NCBI GenBank assembly: GCA_030141605.1
Contig: JAQGDQ010000078.1
Location: forward strand, 558,001-622,000
Origin: Tubiluchus corallicola
Taxonomy: Eukaryota; Animalia; Priapulida
Direction: 5' to 3'
Length of the DNA: 64,000 bases
Position numbers and translations under genes: made by a program. The notes under the pieces were generated by a model, which was given only the letters and a program-made list of their open reading frames with translations, was not told where the DNA came from and ran no database searches. Position 1 is the stretch's first letter. Each line of letters opens with the position of its first letter. Below are positions 36,401 through 50,600 of this stretch, one piece after another.

Positions 36401-39400
36401 TAGGAGAGATGAAATAAAATAAATTATGAAACACTAGGTGATGACGGTACAACAGAAAAAAGGTTATATTTTGGACGCTTTCCTTGTCTCCAAGAACTGA
36501 TATTTGCATGCCCTAGCTACTGATACTGATAACTAATAACGCTAATATATGATAACGCTAATAACTGATAAGTAATAACGCTATTATCCTGATGTATAAC
36601 AAGCATTATTTATTATGTATTATTTTGCAGCCATTGTATCAAGGCAGTTTGTTGAGATGAGTAAGAGCAGAATTGAAGGCCTGCTGGCAGCCTTCCCTAA
36701 ACTCATGATTGCTGGAAAACAGCACACGTTTGTGGAGACTGAGAGCGTCCGATACGTATATCAACCCCTGGAGAAACTTTACATGCTACTTATCACTACG
36801 AAGGCTAGCAACATCTTAGAAGATTTGGAGACTTTGCGATTGTTTTCAAGAGTGGTATATAAAATGCTATGTTAGGTTTCATTAAGAATATTTTTCATGA
36901 TTACCGTCGTTGTAGTCAGCGATGCTGCCGAAACTGAAATTACAAACCAAAACCGAACTAAAATAATTTTTGGGAAGGCATTTACAATTCCCTACACAGT
37001 TTAAATACCCTTCCCTAACCTTAACCCTACTCTTAACACTAGTTTCTTGTATGTGGAGAATTGTAAATTTTAGCCCGTTTTTGCAAAACCAACTATTGCC
37101 AAAACTGAAAAAAATCTGAAATAATTGAAATACCTTGTTTTTACTTGTTTGCTTATATTTGCTCTATTACAAACTTTATTGAAGTAGCTATTCAAAAAAA
37201 TCCTAACCAAAAAAGTAGAACAATGTTTATGGTTACAGATCTTGAAGCCTCAAATAATTGACAAATTTTCTTTTTTATATATTTTGACTATATTTCATAA
37301 ATTATCAAATTAAACTTGGTTTTATTCAAATTACGCTTTGATATTTTGGTTGATTGTGCCTGGAGACCCTGAAGTTTCACAGTCGTCAGCACTGAAGATA
37401 TGCCACATTGCCATAAAAAGCATGCTACGAGTGATATAAAAAGTTAAATAAACAATATTTACTCTTTATTTTAACCAAAATTGTTCAGGAATTTTCAACA
37501 TGCGAAAACGAAACTCAACCGAAAATGCAGTTATCGGCAAACCGAAGAGAAATTTTTGTTTTCAATACGGTAGGCGCTGCTTAATAGGCTCACTTTGGGA
37601 CCGAAGAGTTTTGACCCAATTAACTGACTGAACCTATTAACCGATGGGTGTAGTATTTCTGGTATAGAAGTATGAGTCACCAGCTTACTATGCACTGCAA
37701 AGGTTTTTATTGAATTTTAGAAACAAAGTAATGCCTAAATTCCTTTGTGCAGTTAAAAATTAGAAAAAATATTTTAATATATTAATTTATATAAGTGAAT
37801 TAGCAATAAATTAAAAAGTATACTTTTCTAAATCTCGTAAGTCCGTTTATTCGCAAAAGTAATGGAAATACATCCAAAGTCGACTGATTCAAGTTGGGTC
37901 AGGAAGTTCTCATAATAAAACATTTAAAACTGATGTTGTACGATAATACGTGCTTGAGCTATTGGTGGTGAGCGTATTTCCCCGCAAGCGGCTTCGTCTG
38001 TAAGCTCCCGCTTGCTGTCGTGACTTACTTATTGTACTGTACCTACATCCCTGTCATAACAGCAAGGGCATACTGATTAAACTTTCTGGGAAAGACAGCC
38101 AGAGCTTGAAAAGCAAACACCTAAGTAAGTGATTAAATGCCTATAGTTTCCTGGAATTCTTGGGTAATGAGGTCAGTTGCAGTGGACCGGCATTGAACAC
38201 AGCAAACCATTAGGGTAGCATATTAGCGTATGATAAAAGTTCCTGCTTACAAACAAAACAGTACTTAACATGATTGGTTTTATGTATATTATAGGACAAA
38301 AGCAAACTAAGATGATATAAAAGTCATGGAAGCTTATTAGTCACATGAAAGTGTTATTTAAGCACCTGAAGCAGATATATTGAGTCAATTATGCAGAGTT
38401 ATCTGAGTCAATTTCGACAGTTTTTATGTACATTTGAATAGAAGTGGCCTGTACCAGGCATTTTTGAGTCAATTAAGCGATTGAGTCTATTAATCCTGAG
38501 TCTATTAAGCGGCGCCTACTGTATTTGTAAAGTTAACTTACATCTGTAATGGCTGAATACTAGGTAAATAATAGAACAGCACCATTAACACTGCTTGTCA
38601 ATACATGCATGTAGTATATTTTTTGTGATCAGTTAATTGAACGAGAACGATTCTTGAGAATTCGAAATCAGTAAACTTAAATTAGTGGAGGTGTTCCTGT
38701 AAGAGTGCCGAATGAGACATTCAGGGAATATCGTGTTCTAAGAGCATTTTAGTCCAATGTGGAATTCTGTTTGATATTTATACGAAGGAAACTAAAAATA
38801 CATTTTTTTCAAATAAAACTGTCATTGTATACCAACACCCTTATTTGAGAAAAAGTTTTTATTTTTCTTTCTACTTCATACTTATTTGACTGATACATTT
38901 TACTGCAAATGATGTATTCTGAAATTACTTAAAAAGTAACATTGAAATAAGTTAAAATTATAAATTTGCAGATTCCAGAGTATTGCCGAGTCATGGAAGA
39001 ACCGGAAATACTTGATAATGCCTTTCACTTAATATTTGCCTTTGATGAAATTGTTGCCCTTGGATACAGAGAAAGTGTGAACTTAGCACAAATTCGAACA
39101 TTCACAGAAATGGATTCACATGAAGAAAAAGTTTTTCAAGCAGTCAGAGAGGTTTGTGAGATTTTCTTTAAATACTTTTGATAAGTTGAAATGGGCAGAC
39201 CATATTGAACCTAAGAGATCAAACTTAAATCATGGCTGTGTTGTTTGTGTGAGGTAAATTCTTTGTATGCGATCAGAGTCGCTTTAACAGTTTCTTATAA
39301 TTCAGGTATTTTAGCATTTGGATTTACTGTTTGATTTGCTTGGAAGGAAATGCCGAAAAATGAGTTTATTAGTATTATGAAGAATGCAGGAGGTAATCGG

Positions 39401-42400
39401 GATAGTCTGCCAACCTTGGATGCAGTTGTAACTCTCATGTGCGACATAAGCTGCTATATGTGATTGGTGACGACCGTCATTCTTTCCAGAGAAACAAATG
39501 GTAGATAGAGTTACGCCATGCAGTGGGTGAATGAGGCTAGAAAGAATTTTTATTTAACTGCACAATTGTAATTCACAATGATAACATTGTGAATCCTTGA
39601 GATTTATCTGCTGAAATCTTACACTGAATATTTTGGGCAAGTTTTATAACAAATTTAATGCTATTGATAAAAACTAGTGATAAATATGCTGTTTTTAAAG
39701 GACAAGAAAAGGGGTTCTTGAAGTAGGTTTCAGAAAAATCGCCTTGAAATTTTATATTACTTTACAACAATCTTATGCACATTTGTACTCGCGTTAAAAG
39801 GAATTTTTGTTTGTTTTCATTTTAAATCTCCCGCAATACTGTTCCGACGACACCATTACCTGACGTCACCTAATGTAAATCAGGTGAAGAAAAGGAAATG
39901 TTAAATTATGTCACAAAAATCTATGTTACTTAGCATTTCTCTTACCTGCTGGAAAGGCTTATGTAACTAGAAATAATAATTTGAAATGTACGTGCCAGTT
40001 GTTAAAATATCACTGGCTCACCTTCCAAGGTGCGCCACTCACTAAACAAAAATGTATTTTGAATCTTATTGACAGGATAAGTAATTTAAAATTTTACTTA
40101 GCTAGGGACGTGTGCACTACGGATTCTCTGATTATTTTTTCAAACTTTACTCAATGTTATCTAAACACGCATCAAATGACCTACCTTTAGAATGGCTGCG
40201 CCCAACGGTCGTTGCGGGAGTTTAAATTTACAAGTTTTGAAGAGTGTTACTGCCGACACAATTCCAACATGCAAAAAAACAATATGTAAGTAGTATAAAA
40301 TTGCAAAACAAATTGTTTAAGCTTTATGTAAGTGGAGGGTTTTCTTGTGCTTTAAGTAAGTTTATCTAAAATTTCACTGATGAAACGAGGCTTTATCGTT
40401 TATGTAATCGAGTGTCTGGAAAACTTGACATTTATTGGCAGTTTTATGTCACATTTCTTCTGTTAACAGACTCAGGAAAAAGAAGCCAAGGAAAACATGC
40501 GTAAGAAGGCGAAGGAACTACAACGACAACGTCAAGAGAATGCACGAAGAGGTATATCTCCAGGAGGTCACGGAGTTGGTTTCGGCAGCTCCAGTATGTC
40601 CACTCCTGTGATAGGCGACACATTGTACAATCCAGAACCACCTAAATCCACGTACATCGCACCAAGTCGACCCAGCGGATCTGGCAAGGCCATGAAGCTA
40701 GGTAGTAAAGGAAAAGACGTTGACTCATTTGTGGACCAGCTGAAGTCAGAAGGACAGGAGGTCATCACAAACAATGTAATGAAGCCTGGCACAATTACAA
40801 AACCAACCACTCCAGCTGTACATCAAGAAAGGTAAGCACAAAAACTGCATTCTTTCGTTGAAAGTTTTCTTGTACATTTGTTTTTCTATGTGCCTTTCTA
40901 TTATATACAATAACCCTCACTTAACGACATTTCGTTTTACAGTGAAAACGACCTTGATAAAGAATGCAGCTTAAAAGTAAGACAGGATGTAGTAAATGTG
41001 ATGCTGTGTTATAAGGAAATGTTGGCTGAAAAAGGAAAACAACCAATCCTAGATCTTTTTGTAAAAAACTATAGCAAAAAGAAAAAGAGGAGGAAGATTG
41101 GTTGAAAGAAAGCAGCCAGAGTAGGAAGAACTTGTGTTTCAAGTTTATGTGTGTTTCATACTTTAGTTACTCATTAGCTTTTTAGCTAAACAAATACGTA
41201 GAACTGTAAAGTAATAAATCCTATATACTATGGTGCTTAATTTATCCCCCCAAGCATTATGCACTTTTACATAGCCAAGCACTATTAATTTTTGCTTCTG
41301 AATACTTTACATTATTTCGTATGGAAAGCATTGTTTCGTTTAGAGACATTTCGCTTAAAGCAAAACCAGACCCAATTTTAAACCATTGGTCAAAAAAATC
41401 TACTCTTTAAAATATTGAAAGGAAACGTGCTGTTTTTTTCAAAAATGACTTACATGAAAGAATCATTACCACACAAACACAGTTTCGCATTTGAGCCACT
41501 AGTTCTTCGCTGTTACGCCATGTATTTCGCCATTCGATAATTAGACGGGCACTAGCACCTGCATTTCAGAAATGCAATGCACAAAAAACAGGTGCTGTAT
41601 CTCTCAATTCATATGTGTTAGTTTGTGACGAACTACGTCCAATAGCTCGGGTGGGAGCACTGAGCACAGCTGTAAATCTGAAATTTGAATTTTTGTCTTA
41701 TAACTGCCCAGTTTTAGTACAGCACAATGTACCGTATTTTCCCGTGTATAAGAGACCCTTTTTTGCTCAGAATTTTCACTTTAAAAATAGGGGGTCTCTT
41801 ATACATGGGAGTAAGTCTTTTCAATAAGATGCATAAATTGTGACACTAATGATTTTAAAGAAATAAGTGCTCTACTACTGTTTTGCGTGTGGCGTTCGAC
41901 TATGAAGCGGTTGTAAGCAATACAAGCATCGTGACACAGGCATTATCTCCTCGTTTTCTCTTTTCCTGTTACAGGTTTGCAGGTACGCACTTTAATATAC
42001 ACCAGTACTCTTTTTCTACAACACATTAACTGGTTTTATTTTGTTTTCAGTACCGCACTGAGTTGAAAAAAGTTGTACTCTACCCTCTAAAAATGTCCGT
42101 CTGAAAAAACTTTTTTCCAGAATTTTTGCCTAAAAATTGAAGGGGTCTCTTATACACAAGGGTCTCTTATACACGGGAAAATACGGTATATCTTATAGTA
42201 GCACCGTACTTCAATTTTCAGTTTTGCAAACACGTGTAACACGCTCGCAGAATATTTTTGCTAGTGAGAATGATGTTACATTGTGACGTCATCAATAGTT
42301 GGGCTAGCCTCCGTTAACTGAGTTTTTAATCTATTATTTAATTATCAGAAATGCATTTACAGTATTATTGATGTTAAAATGTATACTTTTTACTATACTT

Positions 42401-45400
42401 GAAAATGATGTAGTATATGAAAAATCAACCTGTCTTCCTTTAATGATGCGTTAATGCTGGAATTATGCGTAGTATCGCCAAAGTGCACCCGTATCATGAT
42501 AATCTGATTCAATGATATTTAGCAAATTAGAACTTGCTTGACCATATGTTGATAAAAATGATGTGAAGTAATTCAAGCTGCAACTGTAAAGCGTCCTGTA
42601 GATACGTAACAATCAGTGCAGTGAGCAGTAGTTGACTAGATTAGGCACTTCTAACAGCCAAAGCGGTTGAAAACGCAAGGTGTTTAATCTATAGTAGGCT
42701 ATTATATTGTTTACATGTAAACTTGTGAAATGGCAAATATTAACCAGAAAATTCACAAACAACTTTTAAACGTCAAATATTTATACATGTTACTTTTCTT
42801 ATGGCTTATGATCCAAACAATAGCCAACACATTACACAATAATAAATAAAAATCAATAAATTTATTTGAGTTATTTCAGCATTTAGCAATCCTAGAACTG
42901 CTCATTAATAAATATGTTTAGCATTTATTATTAATGGCTTCATCTATTTTTTTTATAAAACTTGCAAATGTGTACAGTGATGCATATCGTATCCTGAGGT
43001 GTTAGTATCATGACTTAGTCTATCGTTACAGCCATAATTATAGCTTACTGTAAAATAGAAATTTATTTTTTATGTTTTGAGTTTTATTCTCAGTCTACTT
43101 CCTCTGTCACTAGAATTTACAATTTTCTCTTCTAGTGTGCACATGAAATTAGAAGAAAAAGTAAACTTGACAGCTAAACGTGATGGTGGGCTAGAAAATA
43201 TGGAGGTTCTTGGTATCATAATGCTTCAGATTCATGATGAAGAGAATTCTCGAGTTAAAATTAAAATTGATAACAGAGACAAAAGAGGAATTCAATTGCA
43301 GGCAAGTGCTTGAAATTTTTCGTTGATATAGTGTTAAGGATAAGAACTGAATTAAATTTCTGATCTTTTTAAATGATATTTTTTGCCAAAAAATGTATCA
43401 GTTTTAACATGTACACATTTTCCAAATTACCTTGTTTTTCAGACTCATCCTAATATTGACAAGAAAGCATGGCAAGCTGACTCAGTGATTCAACTAAAGA
43501 ATCCTTCGAAGCCATTCCCTCTCAACACTGATGTCGGAGTTCTAAAATGGAGGTTTACTACACAAGATGAAATGTTTATGCCTCTGTCAAGTAAGCAGTT
43601 CTTGACTTCTCATTCTTGTGAAATGATATCTTTGCACCTTTGATTACAATGATTATCTTAAATTTGTTGCTTTTAGAAATAGTGATGAGTTCCTGTATAT
43701 TTGTTTTACAGTCAATTGTTGGCCTTCGGATTTAGCTTCTGGATGTGATGTGAACATTGAGTATACATTAGAACAAGATATTGATTTGGCTGATGTAGTG
43801 ATTAGTATACCTCTACCGTAAGTAATACTCTCTTTCTTATTCTCTAGCCTATATTTAAAACAGCCTGTACTTAAATAAACATTTTCTATTAGTGTACATA
43901 AAACTACATATATACCTCATCTGTACCAAGTATGTGTAACCTTTTTGCTTTAAGCCGAAATTTTGAAATGTGTGCCACTAAATGGACCATTTAAATTCCA
44001 AAATTCAAAGATAGTTTTGAAAATCTACGTATCGCCATCAACTGAAGCACAACAGTTTTCTGAAATTTAGCAATAATTAGATGTTTTTCAAATTCTACAC
44101 TGAAGAGATTAATGGCTTATTGCTTTCAGTGCTAAAAAAACAATTATTGTATTTTTTGAATGTCAGCTTCACTCATAACTGATAGTTATCTTCTCTGCCT
44201 TCACATTGGCTCTTACCGTACAGAGAATAACAATCTTAATGATGTGACTAAATGTGCTGCTCAGAATGTTTGTATGTGTTCAGAAGTACTTTTGACCTGA
44301 CACAATTCTTTTAAAAAAAATGGCACGTCTCCTAGTTTCATCTACTAGCTAATGCTTCAAACTGTCTTACTGTACTTGTTTGATCAAGTACAGAATTGAG
44401 CATTAATTTCATTTGCTTTGGCTTAGCATTCGCTTTTCAGCTGCCTTGCTAGTTCTTTGTAGATGCTTTCATGGTAGGTGCTGTAACAGTACTTCTGAGT
44501 TTGTTCATAAGCGGCAGCTGGAAAAAACACCCAAGCTATTTTCCGTCAGCTTCTCATAATGCATACATTTCTAAGTGGTGAATACTCTCTTTTTCTACTT
44601 AGCAACATTCTTGGGTCATCAGCTATCTGGAAGTTTCTGTCAACAACTTACTTCCCATCTTCCAAGAATGTCTTTCAGCTTAAGAAAAGCACAAAAAACT
44701 ATTTTTTGCTTTTTATACCACGTGTTATTATAACCAGAATTATTTTGGTCTTCCAAGGAACAAATCTCATAAAAAACAAAACCGGAAACAGAGAAGTGAA
44801 ATAACAAATAAATAGTTACTGAATACTATGTAAGGGTTTTTAGAGCATCTCTGTGTTTTTCTACATGTAATGGGTTTGCTTGGTGTGGCGTGTGAAACTG
44901 TGGAACTGACTTTTTGTGAAATTTAAATCTTGTGACGTGTATTTACTTTGTTTTCAGAGCTGGAGTGGGTAGTCCTGTAGTGAATGAATGTGAAGGACAG
45001 TACACATACGACAAAAGCCATGCAAAATTACTCTGGCAGTTGCCTGTTATTGACGAGTCCAACCAAACAGGGAGCATGGAGTTTAATATTAGTGGAGGAA
45101 ACCTAGATGATTTCTTTCCCGTTACCGTTTCCTTTGTCTCTAAAAAATTATTCTGTGATCTAACGGTAAATTTCGGAATAAAGTATTTCATTTCCTTTGA
45201 TAGATTATAATAATCCATGTTCTCATAATCTATAAGAGTGTCCTGACAGGCCAGGCCACAGCTGAAATCGTATTACAAATGGTTTTTGTATTAAACTTAT
45301 GCTGACGGGAGTTTGAGAAATTATTGTATAAAATGAGGTTTCATAGTAACGAGTTTCGTAGTAACCATACATGATTACATTGGTTTTATTATAACCTTGG

Positions 45401-45668
45401 CAGGGACATAGTAAAATCATCAACCTACTGAGAGTTTTGTTATAAGCCGAACCGTATTACTGGGATTTGACTGTACTAATAAAAGTCGACATTCAGGAAC
45501 TAGTGGCTTGGCATCCTTACATGAAGATTGTTAGCAGCTCAGTGCAACAAATAATAATTCTTCATCTTCTTTTCATAGGTGTATGACGTGTTTCAACATG
45601 ACTCGAATGCTCGTGTCAAATTTTCTACAGATGTAGCCTTCTTCGCAGAAAAGTACGAAATAGTGTAG
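33315..45668 (+). CDS. ARCN1: Coatomer subunit delta (delta-COP/archain), ~508 aa, 10 coding exons
   Basis: Exons 33315-33317 (ATG only), 35416-35455 ([13 protein letters not shown]), 36631-36854 (IVSRQFVEM...[12 protein letters not shown]), 38972-39151, 40470-40831, 43136-43301, 43443-43590 (THPNIDKK), 43712-43817 (INCWPS), 44958-45165, 45579-45668 (KYEIV*). Total 1527 nt. Longin and mu-homology domains are recognisable. Confidence 0.96.
34371..34407. repeat. (GAT)n microsatellite
   Basis: Directly visible; intronic. Confidence 0.85.
37568..38521. mobile_element. Family B element
   Basis: TA|CGGTAGGCGCTGCTTAATAGGCTCA...TGAGTCTATTAAGCGGCGCCTACTG|TA. Confidence 0.8.
39699..40351. mobile_element. 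TTAA-flanked non-autonomous DNA transposon, copy 2
   Basis: Same TIRs, TTAA flanks and internal sequence as 5129-5799. Confidence 0.8.
41580..42443. mobile_element. Older repeat (host of the 41732 MITE); inverted homolog at ~35940-36300
   Basis: ACAAAAAACAGGTGCTGTA (41581) and CCTCCGTTAA...TTATCAGAAATGC (42308-42354) match the reverse complement of 35940-36300. The element ends in CCTTTAA. Confidence 0.6.
41732..42186. mobile_element. Young Tc1/mariner-superfamily MITE with perfect 29-bp TIRs
   Basis: TA|CCGTATTTTCCCGTGTATAAGAGACCCTT ... AAGGGTCTCTTATACACGGGAAAATACGG|TA. Confidence 0.9.
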
Positions 45669-47414
45669 TTACTGATGAAGAACAGATCAATAAATGGAAG
45701 CGTAAAGTGAACATAAATACTTGTTTTGAACGGCACAATTACTTGCCGTTATCGCCGTTGCTGCTTTTCTTCTTGACACTTAAATCTTCCCTGAGAATGG
45801 CAACATTGTATAGTTTTTGCCTCTGCAGTCTGCGAGAGACACTGGAAGTACATTTGTCACTACTGCTGTGGCAAAAATTTCAGAGTGGGTAATATTAGTT
45901 TCCTCCCATTATTGGCTGACAATTTTTCATCATTCGCATTGGATGGTTTTTACAGAAAACCCAAGTTTAACTTAACCTTTATTTTTGTAAATCAAATAAA
46001 TAATTATATCAGCAAAAGTGACATTGCGCAGTGAGTTGAATGTTGTAAATGTTAACATGTTTGTTGGAGGAATAAGCTTTATGTTTCCTAAGTCTTTTGC
46101 TCATGTTAAACTAGTGAATAAAGAAAAAGTTTTACACTGCTGTATCTGGAAATGCCATAAGTTTATAAGTCTTAGAACCTTTGCACTAACCGCTGGTTCT
46201 AGAGATGTTCTAATGCATGTGTTATTTATTTCGGATTATTTTTTTTAAATCGTTAAGTTTTGAACTTAATTCGTGTAAGTGACTGTCTGCCATTAATGTA
46301 AGCAAATACTGTTATGTTGAGTGACATCTGTTTAGGGATTAATTTAATCAAGATAAATGCGAGACCCATCAACTCTTAGATTTGGAATTGTAATCCACCT
46401 TATCAAAAGTACTGCACCATACTAATAAATTTTGCTTTTTTCCTGTCAAATGAATTGTAAGAAATTTTCACTGTGTGTTGTTACTGTTGTAATGTTCAGT
46501 TTAGAAATAATGCAGTTGTATCAGATGTTGGGTTTTTCATGTGTACACTTAAATATATTCCTTAACTAAGGTTATGTAATAAAAGGGAAATTATAATGTA
46601 ACTGATATACTTTGCGTTCTGCGTTGACCTTTTTAGTGTCTAGAGTTACGTATATATACAAAGGACATACTCATTGTGATGGTTCAACCTTTTCGATGCA
46701 TACTGTTTCAACCATTTCAATGCATATCAGTACAAGGCCTGTGTGAAGTATTAGTAAAGTAGCTTAGTATTAGTGTCTCAAAGAGATTTCTCTTATAGAC
46801 ACTAATCTTAAAGATGAAATACTTATTACAAACATACCAAAGGTCATATATTCAACACGACCCTTAAAACACCAAAAGCCATTTGAGTGTGGCATTTCTG
46901 TGTGATTTTATCGTTAGGGTTTGCTTGATTTTTTGCGAGATGCACTAGTCTTTAGTCCACCTTGACCTAGAGCATATGCAGTGTGATAAAACCCATGTGA
47001 AAGTTACGTCTTGCCCAGTGTTCCGATCAAAATTTGCTTGATCGGTTATGATGGGATATCAGATTTTTTATAGTGTTGATTGTGACAAGATATCTCGGAT
47101 GTCAGATTGCATTAAAAGCAAAGAAGTCTTTTATAGATTTGTGTAGTTTTACTATCAATTCCTTGATAGTAGCAAAAAACGGCATAGTAGCAACAGCAGC
47201 TTTGACAATACTCGGTTCAGAACATAGAGTAAGAATTCAGACATCTAGCAGACGTCATCTACTAGATGAAACCTGTAGGAGGAAGACTAGAAAACACTTG
47301 CTCCTTACAACAACTCTCTTATCATTGTTATTGTATTGTTGTAATGTTGCATTTGTTGTCTTAAAATAATTTTTTCTATTCTACATTATACTTAAAATTT
47401 CAAAACTGATTTAT

Positions 47415-47450
47415 CCGGGCGCCAGGTGTCACCACCATCTGCGCATGCGG
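47415..47450. promoter_or_regulatory. GC-rich promoter patch with an NRF1/EWG-like motif upstream of BOD1L
   Basis: TGCGCATGCG at 47440-47449, ~200 bp upstream of the ATG, in otherwise AT-rich DNA. Confidence 0.45.
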
Positions 47451-47649
47451 TAAGCTGATTTCGAACTGCGTCCAACTGTGGAGAAGTCATCGAGATGGAT
47501 ATTGTGCAAAATGTAGTCAAGGAACGAAAGGTTCACAAAGTTTGTAGCGGTGACTGATAATTTTGTGTAAGCATTAATGAGATATGCCGTCATGTGTGCA
47601 AGTAAACTGAGAACAGGTTTAATTAATGTATATTAGATCATGATATAAA

Positions 47650-50600
47650 ATGCCATCTGAATCACTTAAAGATCTACCTCCTGGCGACCCAGAACTTGTG
47701 TCTGATATCGTAGACCGATTGAAGAAGGAGGGATTGTTTGATCAGTTTAGGAAGGACTTTCTTTCTGATATTGATACAAAGGTAATGCTGACATTTTATT
47801 CTTGCTTATAATTCGTTTTTTCATAATCTAAAAATTTGAATCCATTTTGCCTTCTGCTCAGTCTTGTACAACTATAACATAAGTCTTCCTTCTTGGTCTG
47901 AGCCGTATCTCAATACAATTATGGTGAATTTAATTTTGTTTTATCTTGCTGTTACAACAACTTCTTTGTAAGATATGTAAGAATGTTGTGTTTGTGGCAC
48001 TTAAAAGTGAATTTAAAAGTGCTAGCTGGTTGAAATGAGTCATTTTATTGGTGCATTTTAGTGCATAATACAATTGTTAAATCCCTTCAGCCTTTATGTA
48101 AAGTTTAAGAAATGAAGCCATAAATGCTAATCTGGCAAAGTAAGCGGTGAGCTTATACGGTAATGTGGTCTTTAAAACTCACATTGATTTCATCTCGCAG
48201 TCATGTTTTTGCCTTAATCTGAAGATTGCCTAGTTACAGTCACCATACAGCCAAGTGCAACAGTTTCCATTTTCAGAGGCGAACTAATTCAAAGCTTATT
48301 ACAAAGCATCAATGTCAAACTTGTATAGTTACTGATATTACCTGTCATTGCATTTGGGTACTTGCAACCACACAGTGGACTCGTGAAAAGAAAAAAATGC
48401 ACGAACCAAAAATTCGATGCCCGTGACCACGCGACTTCTTCTCTGTCATTGCATGAAGCCTCTTTATCACTACGTTTATGGAATCTGCTGTCGGGATGAT
48501 TATGGCTGTCTCAATTTGTGCCTTTTTTGATGTATTATTTTAGTGATATTAAATAATGAAACCTGACTCATGTATCAACTTATTCTGACTACTACCGTTC
48601 ATAACTTTCTAAATTAATCCGCTACTGGCAGTATTTAGAAAATAATGCTAAAATGTGATTAAATAGTGTAGCTTTTGTGTCCTTAAATTAATACTAACTA
48701 CGAAATGTGTATCATTCTGCGTATTACATAACATATAATATGAAATACCTTCCACAATACTTTCAAAGGGACAAGAGAACTGCTCTGCTTTAACTAGGAT
48801 AAGAATGCAAGACAGGAACTCAACAGCTGGTATAAAATCTGTGTTTTGAAATAACAGAGGTCTGTAGAATATGTATTCAGTAGATTTTAACAAAACATAA
48901 TGAATACATTCCATAATGAATACATTACGGATACAAGTTGATCATTACGCTTTTATAGTCGCTTTATGAAATAAAGCAATTTTATTATTCTAAATCTGAG
49001 ATATAAATCTGTTTTTCAGCCTGCTTTTCAGCATTTACGGTCAAAAGTCGTGAACTATGTGTCTTTATTCCTCGATAAGTATAAATGGAAGCCGGACTTG
49101 AACAAAAATCAGATAAGAGACAACTTGAGGCGGCATGTAAACCAGTGAGTATATGATTTTTTGCACTTAACGTTAATCTAGGAATAAATTTCACCTGTAG
49201 TCTATTCTGCAATTATGGTTGTAAATCAAACTTATTTGGAAAAAACAGCATTGAAAAGTTGCCAAAACCACATTTGATTAAAAGACATTAAAATTTTAAT
49301 TTATATGGTTTTTTGGCAAATGTACAAGAATCATGATAGTTTTGACACCAGGCCAGGTTAATTTACCGATAATCACAGGACGAAAACAGCTTACCATTTT
49401 TTTACTTAACTGACTTTGCTGAGAGACGGTCCTATATGATGTCTATTATGTTTTTTTGTTTTTCTTTCTCACATTTTATAATTATGCAAATGTTTTAGAA
49501 CTATTTTTGTTATTAAACTTTTGTGATGTCAGTAGCTGAAAATACTTCATAATACAGATGCAGCAATTATCTGTGCAATTACACAGGTGTATAAATTATG
49601 TAGAGCAAGCATATAGACACTACATAAAATTACATAAATTTTGTCTCTAGCTACTGAAGCCGTGTATGCTTTTAATACATTGTAAAAGATGTATTCGAGT
49701 GTGTATTCAGAGTAATTTTGTAAAATGGAAAACAGTTTAACAATATTGTTTTTCAGATGGCATATGCTGAGCTCAGGTATGGACAGGATTGTTGAACAGG
49801 TTATTGATCCTCAAATAAATCAAGTATTGCGTCCCGAAGTGGCAAAGTTTGTTTATGACTACCTCGGAGTGGAACCAGTCAAGCAGTCAGAACAAAAATG
49901 TAAATAAATTATTTAGAGGTTCCGGTAGTAACTTTATATTAATAATAATAATATATAAATATTAAATAATAATTAGGATGTTCTTTATTTTTATATTGAT
50001 TATTTTATATTTTTTACTTCTGTTTACTATAAACTGTGCAAATAAAAACCTCATTTATGGGGACTGCACACGTAATGTAATAAATAATTAATTAAATAAA
50101 GTTCTATCTATTTTAATTTTAGCTATGAACTTTTTTATTTTTGTGAACGTAAACTATATCACATTAACCGTATTTGTCTCAATGAAATTCAAAAAATCAT
50201 GAAAATCATTTGTACAGTTTCTGTGACATGCAATTTTACTGGAGATTTTGAATTTATAATTATTACTTTTGTACATTTGTAGCATTCAGTTATGGAGCAC
50301 CTCAATCATATTTTCCTTATGGCTTCCACGGAATGTATCGAAGTGGCTTATTTTCCGATAACAAGGTAGCAACTTCTCATCCGTATACTTTGCTTACAGA
50401 TCCTGTTATATGTTCCAGTTCCATTGACCCCAGCAACCCAAGGGCTAATGAATGCACTGTGCCAGATTGTATCCCATCCACCTTCACTTCTGATATGCAA
50501 AGAATGGAATCGGCAACATTCTTGGAAAATTTGACATTAGTTGAATCGACCACTTCATTCCTAGAAAATGAGCTTTACGGTCAGCCTGTAACACAGCAAG

